Below are positions 20,123 to 30,969 of a DNA stretch of 64,000 bases, one piece after another. The notes beneath the pieces are model-generated. The model saw only the letters and a list, made by a program, of their open reading frames with translations, had not been told where the DNA came from and searched no databases. Source of the DNA: an uncultured Alphaproteobacteria bacterium (GTDB lineage: Bacteria; Pseudomonadota; Alphaproteobacteria; HIMB59; GCA-002718135); contig CACJAV010000001.1 in assembly GCA_902591485.1 (NCBI GenBank), positions 16,563-80,562 of the forward strand. Reading direction: 5' to 3'. Numbering within the stretch: position 1 is the stretch's first letter; each line of letters begins with the position of its first letter. The position numbers and the translations under genes are program-made.

Positions 20123-20368
20123 ATGACATTAAATTCACTAAAAAAAATTATTAAATATAGGTCAAACTATTCAGGTACTAAAGAGACTGATATATTGTAC
20201 AAAAAATATTTTATTAACAATTTAAATAGTTTTAGTGAAAATGAATTAAAGTTATTAAAATCAGTTTTTGACATTTATTCAGATAGCGAAATTTACAATA
20301 TTCTTACAAATAAAATAAAAGTTAACATAGAGTACAAAAATCTTTTTGAAAAAATATTAAAAAATTAA
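20123..20368 (+). CDS. sdhE: succinate dehydrogenase flavinylation/assembly factor SdhE (DUF339)
   Basis: 81 aa from the ATG at 20123. RSNYSGTKETDILYKKY fits the RGxxExD motif. The recG-sdhE-mfd arrangement is typical of alphaproteobacteria. The ORF-track start at 19988 would overlap recG. Confidence 0.65.
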   Translation: MTLNSLKKIIKYRSNYSGTKETDILYKKYFINNLNSFSENELKLLKSVFDIYSDSEIYNILTNKIKVNIEYKNLFEKILKN

Positions 20369-23300
20369 ATGAAATCTACAGGTCCTGTAATAGATAAAAC
20401 TGAAGCCTTTATAATTTCAGAGATATTTCATAAAAGCGATAGATCATTAGTTTATATAGGAAAAGACGATAGAGAAATAATAAATATCAAAAATAAGCTT
20501 TCTTGGTTGCTTCCAGATCAGTTAGTCTTGTTATATAAAGCTTGGGATCAAATTCCATATGATAATATTTCACCTTCTAAAGAAATTCAAACATCTCGAT
20601 TAGAAACACTTTTTCATCTTAGTTTAAATAATGAGAATAAAATTATTATTCTAACAACGTTGAATGCAATAATTCAGAAAACTTTACCTAAAAATGAAAT
20701 TACAAAAAATTTTATTACGATTTCAAAAAAATCGAAAATTAAAATAGACAAGATTCTACATCTTCTTATAAAACTAGGTTATGAAAGGACATCTTTAGTA
20801 AGGGATAAATCTGAATTTGCAATAAGAGGCTCAATAATTGATATTTTTCTTCCTCAATCTGTTAATCCAATTAGAATAGATTTATTTGATGATGAAATTG
20901 AGTCGATATTTAAATTTGATCCAATTACACAAAAAAGAATTCAAAGCTCAAACTTAGACTCTTTTACAATTAATCCAAGTAATGAATTAATTATAGATAA
21001 TCAAAATTTAGAAAGATTTAGAGTTCAATTTAGGTCCACATTTCAAAACTTCAGAAAAAGTCAAACTTATGAAATGTTTTCTTCAGGTATCATTCCTTCT
21101 GGAGGTGAGCAATTCCTTCCTTTATTTTATGAAAATTTAGAAACTCTATTTGATTATTGTAAAAATACTCAAATATTGATTCACAATGATACCTTTGAAC
21201 TATTTGATGAAAGAACTGAAAATTTAAAAGATTACTTTGAGGCAAGAAATAACTCTAAAGACTCATTTTTTCTCAAGCCACATAATTTATTTATAAATAA
21301 AGATTATCTTGATCAAATTTTAACTCAATTTCCAGTTACAAAATTATCATTATTTTATAATGAAGGTGATATTCCAATAAAAATAAAAAAAATAAATAAT
21401 ATTTCTTCAATCAGAGAAAAAATAGACTTTGATTTTATAAAAAAATTCTTTGATATAAATTCATCAAATAAAAAAATTATTATCTGTTGCAACTCCGAAG
21501 GATCATTAGAAAAAGTTTATAAAATTTTAAAAGAAAATATTTTTATTTCACCCTTAGAAATTAAAAATCTATCAAATTTATCTGAACAAAAATTATATAT
21601 AACAGTTTTAGAAACAGAAGAGTCTTTTGAATTAAATAATATTATTTTTATTAACGAAAAAACTATTTTTGGATATTCATTAGCTGTTAAATCTAAAAAA
21701 AAGGATCAAAAAAATAAATTTCTTTTTGAGGAGTTAAATAAACTATCCCAAGGCTCAATCTTAGTGCATTCAGAATATGGTATTTGCAGGTTTAATAATA
21801 TTCAAAAGATAGAATTGAATGACTCAGTTCATGATTGTTTAGAGCTAGAATTTGCAGATACTCAAAAACTATTTTTACCAGTTGAAAATCTTAATTATAT
21901 TACAAATTATGGAGAAGAAGATGAAAGTTCTATTAATTTAGATAGACTAGGGGCTTCAAGTTGGCAAAAAAGAAAAGCCGATGCTAAAAAGAAAATAAGA
22001 GATGCGGCCAAAAAATTAATTAAAATTGCTTCAAAAAGACTTCAATCTAAATCACCTACAATTAACATTGGAAATACAGAATATGATAAATTTTGTAGCA
22101 CATTTCCATATGTTGAAACTGATGATCAACTTAGTGCTATTAATGATGTAATAGATGATTTTGAAAGTGGCACGCCTAGTGACAGACTTATAGTAGGTGA
22201 TGTTGCTTTTGGTAAGACGGAAGTAATTATTAGAGCATTATTTCTTGCCGCAAAATCAAACATTCAGTCAATTGTTTTTGTGCCAACAACCCTATTATCC
22301 AGACAACATTATAATAATTTTTTAAAAAGATTTAGTCTTTTTAATATTAATATTGCTGAGGTTTCACGTCTAGTTTCACAAAAAGAAAAAAAACAAATTT
22401 TTACTGATTGTGCTGAAGGAAAAATAGACATTCTTATTGGAACACATGCATTATTAAGTGATAAATTAAAATTCAAAAATTTAGGATTAATTATTTACGA
22501 TGAAGAGCAAAAACTAGGCACATTACAAAAAGAAAAATTTAAGGAAATTTCACCAAATGCCCATGTATTAGCATTATCTGCCACTCCTATACCAAGAACT
22601 CTTTCTATGTCTTTATCTGGTGTAAGAGATTTAAGTCTAATCTTAACTGCGCCTTTTGAAAGATTAGCCGTAAGAAGTTATGTAGCAAAATTTGATGATA
22701 TAACCATCAAAGAAGCTATTAAAAGAGAAATTTACGGAAGAAAAAATGGCGTTTATTTTGTTACGCCAAGAAAAAAAGATATCCCATTTATTGAAAATTT
22801 TTTAAAAGATAATCTTCCTGATATTAAATATGTAGTAACTCATGGACAATTAGCTCCTTCGTTATTAGAAAGTAGAATATCTAAGTTTTATAATCAAGAA
22901 GTTCCTCTAATGGTGAGTACTAATATAGTTGAAAATGGATTAGACTTACCACACGTTAATACCATTATTGTTTATAGGGCTAATTTATTTTCTCTAGCTG
23001 CACTTTACCAACTAAAAGGTAGGGTAGGTCGTTCATCGAAAAGGGGTTATGCTTATATTACATATAAAGAAAATGAACTTAAGGAAAACGGTAAAAAAAG
23101 ACTCTCAATAATTAATTCATCAGAGTCTCTTGGTGCCGGATTTAATATAGCATCTCAAGATCTTGAAATGAGGGGAGGGGGCTCAATAATTGGAGAAGAG
23201 CAGAGTGGTTTTATTAGAGAAATTGGAACTGAGCTTTATCATCAGATGTTAGAAGAAGAAATTTTATTCCAAAAACAAAAAATTTCAAAAGACGTTGAGC

Positions 23301-23746
23301 ATAAAAGTTCATTTCAACCATCTATTAAAATACCTGAGGAAATATTCATACCTGATGAATTTATTAATGATTTAGATTTAAGACTTTCAATTTATAAAAG
23401 AATTTCAAGTCTTAATAATAATGAGGATTTATCAAACCTAATTATAGAATTAAGAGATAGATTTGGTCCAATTCCAAAAGAATTGAATAATTTGTTCAAT
23501 TTAATAGAAATCAAAATATTATGTATTGAATATAATGTTGAGCAATTTGAATTTAGTAGAAAGGGTATAGTTATTGGTTTTTATAAAAATAATCCACGTA
23601 ATCCTCAAAAGTTGTTAGATCTATCAATGAATAGACATAGCCAGTTTACGTTGAGGCCAGATCAAAAAATGTTTTATGACTTTATGGGGCAATTAAATAC
23701 AGATAGGTTTAAGCTGTCAAAACAGATTTTAGATAAAATAAAATAA
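20369..23746 (+). CDS. mfd: transcription-repair coupling factor
   Basis: 1125 aa. UvrB-homology N-terminus, RNAP-interaction domain, helicase motifs GDVAFGKTEV, DEEQKLG, SATPIPRT, QLKGRVGRS, TRG region. Confidence 0.9.
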   Translation: MKSTGPVIDKTEAFIISEIFHKSDRSLVYIGKDDREIINIKNKLSWLLPDQLVLLYKAWDQIPYDNISPSKEIQTSRLETLFHLSLNNENKIIILTTLNAIIQKTLPKNEITKNFITISKKSKIKIDKILHLLIKLGYERTSLVRDKSEFAIRGSIIDIFLPQSVNPIRIDLFDDEIESIFKFDPITQKRIQSSNLDSFTINPSNELIIDNQNLERFRVQFRSTFQNFRKSQTYEMFSSGIIPSGGEQFLPLFYENLETLFDYCKNTQILIHNDTFELFDERTENLKDYFEARNNSKDSFFLKPHNLFINKDYLDQILTQFPVTKLSLFYNEGDIPIKIKKINNISSIREKIDFDFIKKFFDINSSNKKIIICCNSEGSLEKVYKILKENIFISPLEIKNLSNLSEQKLYITVLETEESFELNNIIFINEKTIFGYSLAVKSKKKDQKNKFLFEELNKLSQGSILVHSEYGICRFNNIQKIELNDSVHDCLELEFADTQKLFLPVENLNYITNYGEEDESSINLDRLGASSWQKRKADAKKKIRDAAKKLIKIASKRLQSKSPTINIGNTEYDKFCSTFPYVETDDQLSAINDVIDDFESGTPSDRLIVGDVAFGKTEVIIRALFLAAKSNIQSIVFVPTTLLSRQHYNNFLKRFSLFNINIAEVSRLVSQKEKKQIFTDCAEGKIDILIGTHALLSDKLKFKNLGLIIYDEEQKLGTLQKEKFKEISPNAHVLALSATPIPRTLSMSLSGVRDLSLILTAPFERLAVRSYVAKFDDITIKEAIKREIYGRKNGVYFVTPRKKDIPFIENFLKDNLPDIKYVVTHGQLAPSLLESRISKFYNQEVPLMVSTNIVENGLDLPHVNTIIVYRANLFSLAALYQLKGRVGRSSKRGYAYITYKENELKENGKKRLSIINSSESLGAGFNIASQDLEMRGGGSIIGEEQSGFIREIGTELYHQMLEEEILFQKQKISKDVEHKSSFQPSIKIPEEIFIPDEFINDLDLRLSIYKRISSLNNNEDLSNLIIELRDRFGPIPKELNNLFNLIEIKILCIEYNVEQFEFSRKGIVIGFYKNNPRNPQKLLDLSMNRHSQFTLRPDQKMFYDFMGQLNTDRFKLSKQILDKIK

Positions 23747-23765
23747 TTTTTAATGAAAAAATTTG

Positions 23766-23855
23766 TGGCGGAGAGACAGAGATTCGAACTCTGGAAGGTG
23801 TTGCCACCTTGCCGGTTTTCAAGACCGGTGCTTTCAACCGCTCAGCCATCTCTCC
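23766..23855 (-). tRNA. tRNA-Ser (anticodon UGA)
   Basis: The reverse complement folds as a type-II tRNA. Acceptor GGAGAGA/TCTCTCC, anticodon stem CCGGT/ACCGG with loop CTTGAAA, long variable arm, T arm CAGAG-TTCGAAT-CTCTG, G discriminator, encoded CCA. Confidence 0.9.
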
Positions 23856-23870
23856 GTTTTTGTGGGTTTT

Positions 23871-23898
23871 GTTATACTTTTAAATATATTAAAGTCAA
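23871..23898 (-). promoter_or_regulatory. probable sigma70-type promoter for tRNA-Ser
   Basis: On the minus strand: TTGACT (23898-23893), 16-nt spacer, TATAAC (23876-23871), 15 nt upstream of the tRNA 5' end. Confidence 0.4.
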
Positions 23899-23952
23899 AA
23901 TATAAAGGATATAAAAATATACGAATTTATAAAAATTTGTTATTTCGTTCAT

Positions 23953-24984
23953 ATGATTCTTAAATATATTTTTCTAATTTTCATCTTTTTTACATACTCA
24001 TTAAAAGCATGTGAGAAACCAACAATGCCTACTGCTAGTGAATGGAATAACTGGTTAGAAGATGTTAGAAATGAGGCTAAGGATAAAAACATCAGTGAAA
24101 AAACAATCAGCCTCTATTTGTCTGATGTTAAACCTCAGGAAAAAATTATTCTCCGTGACCGATGCCAACCAGAGTCAACAATTACTCTAGAGGAATATTT
24201 GTATTATCGCGTTGATAAATCAAGGATAATTGCAGGCAGAAATGTTTTAAAAGAGCATAAGGATATTCTAAACAAAATTTCTAAACATTTTGGCATTCAG
24301 CCTCGTTTTATTGTAGCAGTTTTGGGGATGGAGAGTTTTTATGGACGAAATCAGGGAAAAGTAGATACTATTACAGCAGTAACAACACTAGCTTTTGACA
24401 GACGAAGAAGTGATTTTTATAGAAAGCAGTTATTTGCAGCTCTAAAAATATTAGATGATGAATTAGTCCCTTCAGGTCAATTGATAGGTAGCTGGGGCGG
24501 TGCTGTTGGAATGACACAAATGATACCAACAACCTTTTTAGAAAGTGCTTATGATTGGGATGGAGGAGGGATTGATATTTGGAATAGTTATGCCGATGGT
24601 TTTGCTAGCACAGCTAATTATTTAACTTCCATTGATAAGAACCCTTGGTCAAACGATAGTACTTGGGGAAGAGAGGTTTTACCTCCTGAAAATATTGAGT
24701 TTATATATCCATCATTAAAACAAGATAATCCAAAAGGGTGTGGAGCTGTTAAAAGGAGATCTGTACCTAAATCATTACCCGAATGGTCCAATTTAGGATT
24801 TAAAACAATAAATAACACTTCGCTTCCTCAAAGACCTGATCTTGAAGCGCGATTAGTTGCACCAGATGGTGTTAAAGGGAGAATGTTTTTAGTTTATCCA
24901 AATTATAAAAACATTTTATATTACAATTGTTCATCTTATTACGCTATTTCTATAGGACTTCTTAGTGATGAAATTAATAATTAG
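23953..24984 (+). CDS. lytic murein transglycosylase (MltB/SLT_2 type)
   Basis: 343 aa. Signal/lipobox-like SLKAC, GMESFYGRNQG, GAVGMTQMIPTTF. Confidence 0.8.
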   Translation: MILKYIFLIFIFFTYSLKACEKPTMPTASEWNNWLEDVRNEAKDKNISEKTISLYLSDVKPQEKIILRDRCQPESTITLEEYLYYRVDKSRIIAGRNVLKEHKDILNKISKHFGIQPRFIVAVLGMESFYGRNQGKVDTITAVTTLAFDRRRSDFYRKQLFAALKILDDELVPSGQLIGSWGGAVGMTQMIPTTFLESAYDWDGGGIDIWNSYADGFASTANYLTSIDKNPWSNDSTWGREVLPPENIEFIYPSLKQDNPKGCGAVKRRSVPKSLPEWSNLGFKTINNTSLPQRPDLEARLVAPDGVKGRMFLVYPNYKNILYYNCSSYYAISIGLLSDEINN

Positions 24985-25900
24985 TTTATTTTTTATTTTT
25001 TTATTTTCTTGCGATAATATCTCTAACAATAAAGTTGTAAATAAAATAGAAAATGCAAAAAATATCATTGAGGATAAGACTAAAGAAAATGTTGCAAAAT
25101 TAGTTGAACCAAAAAAAAACTTAGATAAAGAAAATTCAACTAGTGAAAATATTTTCTATCTTATAGGGGATCCATATTTCATAGAAGGTGTAAAATATAC
25201 TCCTAAAGAAGATTATTCTTATTCAGAAGTTGGACTTGCCACTTTCTATGATAAAGAGTTGCATAACCAAAAAACTCTTAATAATGATCTAAACAAAGTT
25301 ACAGAATTACTTGGTCGACACAAAACTCTACCTTTGCCCAGTATTGTAAAAATAACAAATTTAGAAAATGGATTATCCTTAACAATTAAAGTAATTGATA
25401 GGCATGATGACAATGCTTCAGTTATTCAAGTTTCTCGTAAAGTTGCACAGCTCTTAAGGTTTTACAAAAATAGAATTGCTAGAGTAAAAGTAGAAATTTT
25501 ATCTGATCCATCAAAACAATGGAAAAATGTTACTATGTCCATCAACGATGAAGATTTTAACTCTACAGTTGAATCAGCGCCAACTGAAATCGTATCTATT
25601 TCTAACATTGATAATGATAATGAAGAGAGTAGTGTAGAAGAAGACATTGAGCAACCAATTGAATTAGGTTTCGAGAAAGTCGAAAATTTAGAACTATTTT
25701 TACATATTAATAACTTCAAAAATTATGAAGATATTCAAAAAATTGTTAATGAAATACAATTAAAAGAAAAATTCACTTCAGAAAATATGGGTGATTTTTA
25801 TAAACTAATAATTGGTCCAATTGAAAACGAAGTAGCCAATAAATTAGTTTCGACATTCATTCTTAAAGGTTATAAGGAGAATGAAATAATTTTGGAATAA
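24965..25900 (+). CDS. rlpA: RlpA-like lipoprotein (DPBB domain) with C-terminal SPOR-like domain
   Basis: Lipobox LFSC. DPBB region GLATFYDKELHNQKT...LPLPSIVKITNLENGLSLTIKVIDRH. C-terminal ~75 aa resemble SPOR. Catalytic-region residues diverge from canonical RlpA. Confidence 0.65.
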   Translation: MMKLIISLFFIFLFSCDNISNNKVVNKIENAKNIIEDKTKENVAKLVEPKKNLDKENSTSENIFYLIGDPYFIEGVKYTPKEDYSYSEVGLATFYDKELHNQKTLNNDLNKVTELLGRHKTLPLPSIVKITNLENGLSLTIKVIDRHDDNASVIQVSRKVAQLLRFYKNRIARVKVEILSDPSKQWKNVTMSINDEDFNSTVESAPTEIVSISNIDNDNEESSVEEDIEQPIELGFEKVENLELFLHINNFKNYEDIQKIVNEIQLKEKFTSENMGDFYKLIIGPIENEVANKLVSTFILKGYKENEIILE

Positions 25901-25938
25901 TCTTACTTACAACATATTTAAAAATTATAAATAATACT

Positions 25939-27072
25939 ATGATAACACAAACGATCACCTTCATCTTATTAATTTTCTTAATTTCTAAAAATGTATTTGC
26001 AATTGATACGAAAGCTGAACAAGCAATCGTTATGGATTTTGATACAAATGAAATACTCTTTGAAAAAAACTCAAATTCAAAAACACCCCCTGCATCGATG
26101 ACGAAAATTATGACAGTTTATGCTGCATTTGACAGATTAAAAAATACTGATCTTTCAATTAATAATGAATGCACCGTTTCAGCAAAAGCCTATAAAATGG
26201 GTGGATCTAGAACTTTTCTAGAAATAGACGATAAAGTTTCAATCGATGATCTTCTTAAGGGGATAATTATACAATCTGGAAATGATGCTTCAGTAGCATT
26301 AGCAGAGTGTTTAGCAGGTACCGAAGAAGATTTTGCAAAATTAATGAATGTTTATGCTAAGCGTTTAGGGATGAATAACACAAACTTTATTAATTCATCA
26401 GGATGGCCTGAAGATGATCATTATTCTTCAGTGTATGATTTAGCAATCTTATCAAATGCTGTAATAAGAGAGTTTCCTAATCTTTACCTTTATTTTGCTG
26501 ATGAAGAATTTACTTACAACGACATCAAACAACCAAACAGAAATAAGCTATTAAGTTCTGTTCAAGGAGCTGATGGATTAAAAACAGGTTTTACAAAAGC
26601 ATCTGGATGGGGAATTGCAGCAACTGCCAAAAGAGAAGATAGAAGAATTACTGTTGTAATCAATGGAACTAATAGCTCCAGATCAAGAATGAATGAATCT
26701 GCAAATTTAATTAATTGGGCCTTTTCACAAACAAGTCAAAAAGAACTAGTCAGTGAAGGTCAAGTGATTACACAGGTAGATGTATGGCTTGGAAATAAAC
26801 CAAGAGTAAACTTAATTTCTCCTAGAAAAGTTGTGTCAACTTTATCTTTTGATCAATTGCAATTAATCAAGTCTTCAATTCAGTATAAGAAGCCCCTAGA
26901 TGCACCAATTTTGAAAGGTAATTCATATGGTAAATTATTAATTTCAATTGAAGGTAAACCAAATATGGAAATTGATTTAGTGGCTGATGAAGATGTGGAA
27001 ACTATAAATCCAATTTTAAAGATTTTCGCTGCACTAAAGTATCTTATTTTTGGTTCAACTTTAGATGAATAA
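25939..27072 (+). CDS. D-alanyl-D-alanine carboxypeptidase (PBP5/6 class)
   Basis: 377 aa. Signal peptide, SxxK (ASMTKIMT), SxN (SGND), KTG (KTGFT), C-terminal PBP5_C-like domain. Confidence 0.85.
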   Translation: MITQTITFILLIFLISKNVFAIDTKAEQAIVMDFDTNEILFEKNSNSKTPPASMTKIMTVYAAFDRLKNTDLSINNECTVSAKAYKMGGSRTFLEIDDKVSIDDLLKGIIIQSGNDASVALAECLAGTEEDFAKLMNVYAKRLGMNNTNFINSSGWPEDDHYSSVYDLAILSNAVIREFPNLYLYFADEEFTYNDIKQPNRNKLLSSVQGADGLKTGFTKASGWGIAATAKREDRRITVVINGTNSSRSRMNESANLINWAFSQTSQKELVSEGQVITQVDVWLGNKPRVNLISPRKVVSTLSFDQLQLIKSSIQYKKPLDAPILKGNSYGKLLISIEGKPNMEIDLVADEDVETINPILKIFAALKYLIFGSTLDE

Positions 27073-27682
27073 AAAAAAAGGTTTATTCATAACTTTTGAA
27101 GGTCCTGAGGCTAGTGGTAAATCATCACAAATTTTACTGTTGGAAAAATATTTAAAAAAAAACAAAATTCCATTTATCACAACAAGAGAACCTGGTGGAA
27201 CTAAAATTGCAGAGTCACTAAGAAAACTTATTTTAAAAGTTAAGTCAGATATTAATATACAGGAAGAAGTATTAATGCTCATGGCAGCCAGATCACATCA
27301 TATCAATAATGTTATAGTCCCATCTTTGAAAAAAGGTAAGTTAGTTATATCAGATAGATTTGCTGACTCTACTTTTGTTTATCAGGGTTATGTAAATAAA
27401 TTTGGTATACAAAAAGCTAAAAATTTACATAAAAATCTATTAAATAATTTTTTACCCCATAAAACTTTTCTGTTTGAATTATCTACTAAGTTAATTTTAT
27501 CAAGGTTAAAGCAAAGAAAATTAAAAAATAAATACGATAAATTAGATAGAAAATTCCATGACACTGTTAATAAAGGCTATAAATTAATTTATAATAACAA
27601 AAGATTTATAAAAATAGATGCATCTAAGCCTATTACTCAAATTAATAATGAAATTATAAATTATATAAATTCATTGCTATGA
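27065..27682 (+). CDS. tmk: thymidylate kinase
   Basis: 205 aa. P-loop FEGPEASGKSSQ, TREPGGT, DRFADSTFVYQG. Confidence 0.9.
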   Translation: MNKKKGLFITFEGPEASGKSSQILLLEKYLKKNKIPFITTREPGGTKIAESLRKLILKVKSDINIQEEVLMLMAARSHHINNVIVPSLKKGKLVISDRFADSTFVYQGYVNKFGIQKAKNLHKNLLNNFLPHKTFLFELSTKLILSRLKQRKLKNKYDKLDRKFHDTVNKGYKLIYNNKRFIKIDASKPITQINNEIINYINSLL

Positions 27683-28668
27683 AATCATTAGTGGGTTTTG
27701 AAAAAGAATTTGAAATTATTTCAAAAAATTTAATTGCTGACAAACTAAATAACTCAGTTCTTATTTGTGGCAATAAAGGAATAGGTAAATATTTTTTTAT
27801 TATTAAAATAATTGAAGAATATATGAAATTAAAAATCAACTCAGATCAAATCAATCATCATTTAACTCTCTTAGATAATAATTCTCATCCTAATGTTAAA
27901 ATATTAAATAAAAAACTTGATGAAAAAACTGGTAAAGTAAAAAATAATATTACAATAGATCAAATTAGAGAATTAAATAATTTTTTTACAGAGACATCAT
28001 TAATTGATAATTTTCCAAAATTTATTTTAATTGATAGCGCCGATGATTTAAATATAAGTTCTTCAAATGCTCTTTTGAAGATATTAGAAGAGCCAAAAAA
28101 GAATACTTATTTTTTTTTAATTTCACATCACCATTCTTCGTTATTACCAACAATCAAATCTCGATGTTTGAAATTACAATTGCCTACTCATAGTTATAAT
28201 GATTTTGAAAAAATTTTAATTTCTAATAATCTTAAATATGATGATGAATTATTAAAATTATTATTTGATATAACTAATGGCTCTCCTGGCATATCTTTTG
28301 AATATAATGCTGAAAATTTTATAGATCTATTTAGTCAATTAAAAAATTCTTTTATAGACAGTGATATTTTTTCAAATGAAAATAATACGTTAATTGATAC
28401 ATTTACTGCCTTTGAAAATGATAGGTTTAATATTCATTTATCACTATTTAAGTTTATTTTAGTTGTGTTGAAAAAAATAAAATTGGGTATCAATATAAAA
28501 GACATTTATTTATCTAATAGTGTTTTAGATATAGCAAATTTATCAAATAAGTTGAATACAGATATTATTGAAAAAAAATTTGATTACTTGATAAATAATG
28601 AAAATGATTTATTCACATTCAATCTAGATAAAAAATTTTTTATGATTAACTTTTTTTCTACAAAATAA
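27679..28668 (+). CDS. holB: DNA polymerase III delta-prime subunit
   Basis: 329 aa. Degenerate P-loop LICGNKGIGKYFF, LKILEEP, SRCLKLQL. Conserved tmk-holB-metG order. Confidence 0.75.
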   Translation: MKSLVGFEKEFEIISKNLIADKLNNSVLICGNKGIGKYFFIIKIIEEYMKLKINSDQINHHLTLLDNNSHPNVKILNKKLDEKTGKVKNNITIDQIRELNNFFTETSLIDNFPKFILIDSADDLNISSSNALLKILEEPKKNTYFFLISHHHSSLLPTIKSRCLKLQLPTHSYNDFEKILISNNLKYDDELLKLLFDITNGSPGISFEYNAENFIDLFSQLKNSFIDSDIFSNENNTLIDTFTAFENDRFNIHLSLFKFILVVLKKIKLGINIKDIYLSNSVLDIANLSNKLNTDIIEKKFDYLINNENDLFTFNLDKKFFMINFFSTK

Positions 28669-28673
28669 TTATT

Positions 28674-30191
28674 ATGACTTATTTCATTACTACACCAATT
28701 TATTATGTTAATGACGCTCCTCATATCGGTCATGCTTACACAACAATTGCTTGTGATATTTTATCAAGATATAATAAGTTAAAGGGTGATAAAACATTTT
28801 TCTTAACTGGAACTGATGAGCATGGGCAAAAAGTAGAAAAAGCTGCTTTGTCTAAGAAAAAAGATACACAAAATTTTGTTGATGAAATGTCCCAAAATTT
28901 TCGAGATTTAATTCCTTTTCTTGGCTGTCAAATTGATGATTTTATTAGAACTACAGAAGAAAGACATAAAATTGCAACACAATTTTTATGGAATAAATTA
29001 AAAGATAATGACCAAATTTACTTATCTAATTATGAAGGTTGGTATTCTATAAGAGATGAGGCATTCTATTTAGAGTCTGAATTAACTAAAACCGAAAATG
29101 GACTTATTGCTCCTTCAGGAGCTCCAGTTGAATGGGTAAAAGAACAAAGTTATTTTTTTAAATTATCACAGTGGGAGGATAAATTATTAGAATATTATGA
29201 AAAAAATCCTGACTCAATACTACCACGCTCAAGATATAATGAAGTTTTAAGCTTTATTAGGGGTGGATTAAAAGATTTATCAATTTCAAGGACAACTTTT
29301 AAGTGGGGTGTTCAAGTACCAGATACCGAAAACCATGTTATGTATGTATGGATCGATGCTCTATGCAATTATATTACAGCATTAAATTATCCAAATACTG
29401 ACCATGACTCATTTAAGACATTTTGGCCTGGAATTCACGTTGTTGGAAAAGACATTTTAAGATTTCATGCAGTCTATTGGCCAGCATTTTTAATGGCTGC
29501 AGGATTAGAACCTCCAAAACAAATTTTTGCGCATGGTTGGTGGACTAATGAAGGTCAAAAAATATCAAAATCTGTTGGAAATATAATTAATCCATATGAA
29601 ATAATTGATACTTATGGGCTTGATCAAATTAGATTTTTTCTTTTCAGGGAAGTCCCTTTTGGTAATGATGGTGATTTTTCAAAAGATGCAATTGCTCAAA
29701 GAGTTAATGCAGATTTATCCAACAATTATGGAAATTTAATTCAAAGAATAAGTTCATTTATAATTAAAAATTCTGATTCAGCTGTTTCCAAACCTCAAAA
29801 TTATAAAGAAATAGATCATCAATTGTTAAAGTCATTTGATGAAACTTTAGTTAATTATATTAAAAATATGAATTCTTTTCAAATTGACAAAGCTCTTAAA
29901 AACATTTTTGATTATTTATCTGAAGTTAATGCATATGTTGACTCCCAAGCTCCTTGGTCATTAAAAAAAACAGATGATCAAAGAATGAAAGATGTTTTAT
30001 ATTTAGTAACTTTGATAACAATTAAAATTTCAGTAATTCTATATCCAGTAATACCTTCTAGTATTGATAAAGCACTTAAAATTTATAATTTATCGATTGA
30101 TAATTTAAACTTAAACAATATTGAACATTTTTCACCTGATTTGATTAATTTGAATATTCCCAAACCTCTTTTTCCTCGAATTGATTTGTGA
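28674..30191 (+). CDS. metG: methionine--tRNA ligase (short form)
   Basis: 505 aa. HIGH (PHIGHAYT) and KMSKS (KISKSVGN) motifs. No C-terminal dimerisation appendix. Confidence 0.9.
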   Translation: MTYFITTPIYYVNDAPHIGHAYTTIACDILSRYNKLKGDKTFFLTGTDEHGQKVEKAALSKKKDTQNFVDEMSQNFRDLIPFLGCQIDDFIRTTEERHKIATQFLWNKLKDNDQIYLSNYEGWYSIRDEAFYLESELTKTENGLIAPSGAPVEWVKEQSYFFKLSQWEDKLLEYYEKNPDSILPRSRYNEVLSFIRGGLKDLSISRTTFKWGVQVPDTENHVMYVWIDALCNYITALNYPNTDHDSFKTFWPGIHVVGKDILRFHAVYWPAFLMAAGLEPPKQIFAHGWWTNEGQKISKSVGNIINPYEIIDTYGLDQIRFFLFREVPFGNDGDFSKDAIAQRVNADLSNNYGNLIQRISSFIIKNSDSAVSKPQNYKEIDHQLLKSFDETLVNYIKNMNSFQIDKALKNIFDYLSEVNAYVDSQAPWSLKKTDDQRMKDVLYLVTLITIKISVILYPVIPSSIDKALKIYNLSIDNLNLNNIEHFSPDLINLNIPKPLFPRIDL

Positions 30192-30964
30192 TTGACTCAC
30201 ACTGTCACTTAAATTTTGAAACTTTAAGTAAAGATCTTCCAAATATTGTTAAAAGATGCGTTGATAATGATGTTACGCATTTACTTTCAATAAATACTAA
30301 CCCGAAAGATTTTCAAACACATTTGGATTTAATTAGTGATTTTAATAATATTTTTATTTCATATGGTATTCATCCTGAAGGAATTAATGATGATACGATC
30401 TTTTCTTTTGAGGAAATAGAAAAAGTAATTAAAAATCCTAGATTAATTGCATTTGGAGAAACTGGTTTAGATTTTTATCATTCTATAGAATATAAAAATA
30501 AGCAATTCGAAATATTTGAAGCTCACATTGAGGCATCAAAAATTTATAATATACCCTTAATTATTCATCAAAGAAATTCTGAAGAAGAAATAATTAAAGT
30601 TCTTAATAAATTTAAAAATGATAATTTAAAACTTGTTTTTCACTGTTTCACTGGATCAAAAAAGTTGTTAGAATTCTGTATTGAAAATAATTATTATATA
30701 TCTCTATCTGGCATCGTAACTTTTAAAAATGCCGTTTCATTAAGAGAGATTATTGCTGATGCCTCATTAGATCATTTATTAATTGAAACAGATAGTCCTT
30801 TTTTGGCTCCTGTACCTATGCGAGGTAAATCCAATGAACCATCTTTTGTTAAATTTACTGGTGAATTTCTTGCTGAATTTTATTCAATGTCAAAAGAAAA
30901 TTTTTTTGAATTAACAAATAATAATTTTTACAAATTGTTTTCTCGCGCAAAAAGAGATAATTAA
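30188..30964 (+). CDS. tatD: TatD-family metal-dependent hydrolase/DNase
   Basis: 258 aa. IDSHCHLNF, GETGLDFYH, VFHCFTG, ETDSPFLAP. GTG start overlaps the metG stop (GTGA). Confidence 0.85.
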   Translation: MIDSHCHLNFETLSKDLPNIVKRCVDNDVTHLLSINTNPKDFQTHLDLISDFNNIFISYGIHPEGINDDTIFSFEEIEKVIKNPRLIAFGETGLDFYHSIEYKNKQFEIFEAHIEASKIYNIPLIIHQRNSEEEIIKVLNKFKNDNLKLVFHCFTGSKKLLEFCIENNYYISLSGIVTFKNAVSLREIIADASLDHLLIETDSPFLAPVPMRGKSNEPSFVKFTGEFLAEFYSMSKENFFELTNNNFYKLFSRAKRDN

Positions 30965-30969
30965 ATCTA

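Noticed and set aside
23763-23963. 66-aa ORF on the plus strand (MWRRDRDSNSGRCCHLAGFQDRCF...)
   Set aside because: It is the antisense of tRNA-Ser(UGA) at 23766-23855. The GC-rich tRNA keeps the frame open, and the remainder runs through an AT-rich spacer. Not a credible gene.
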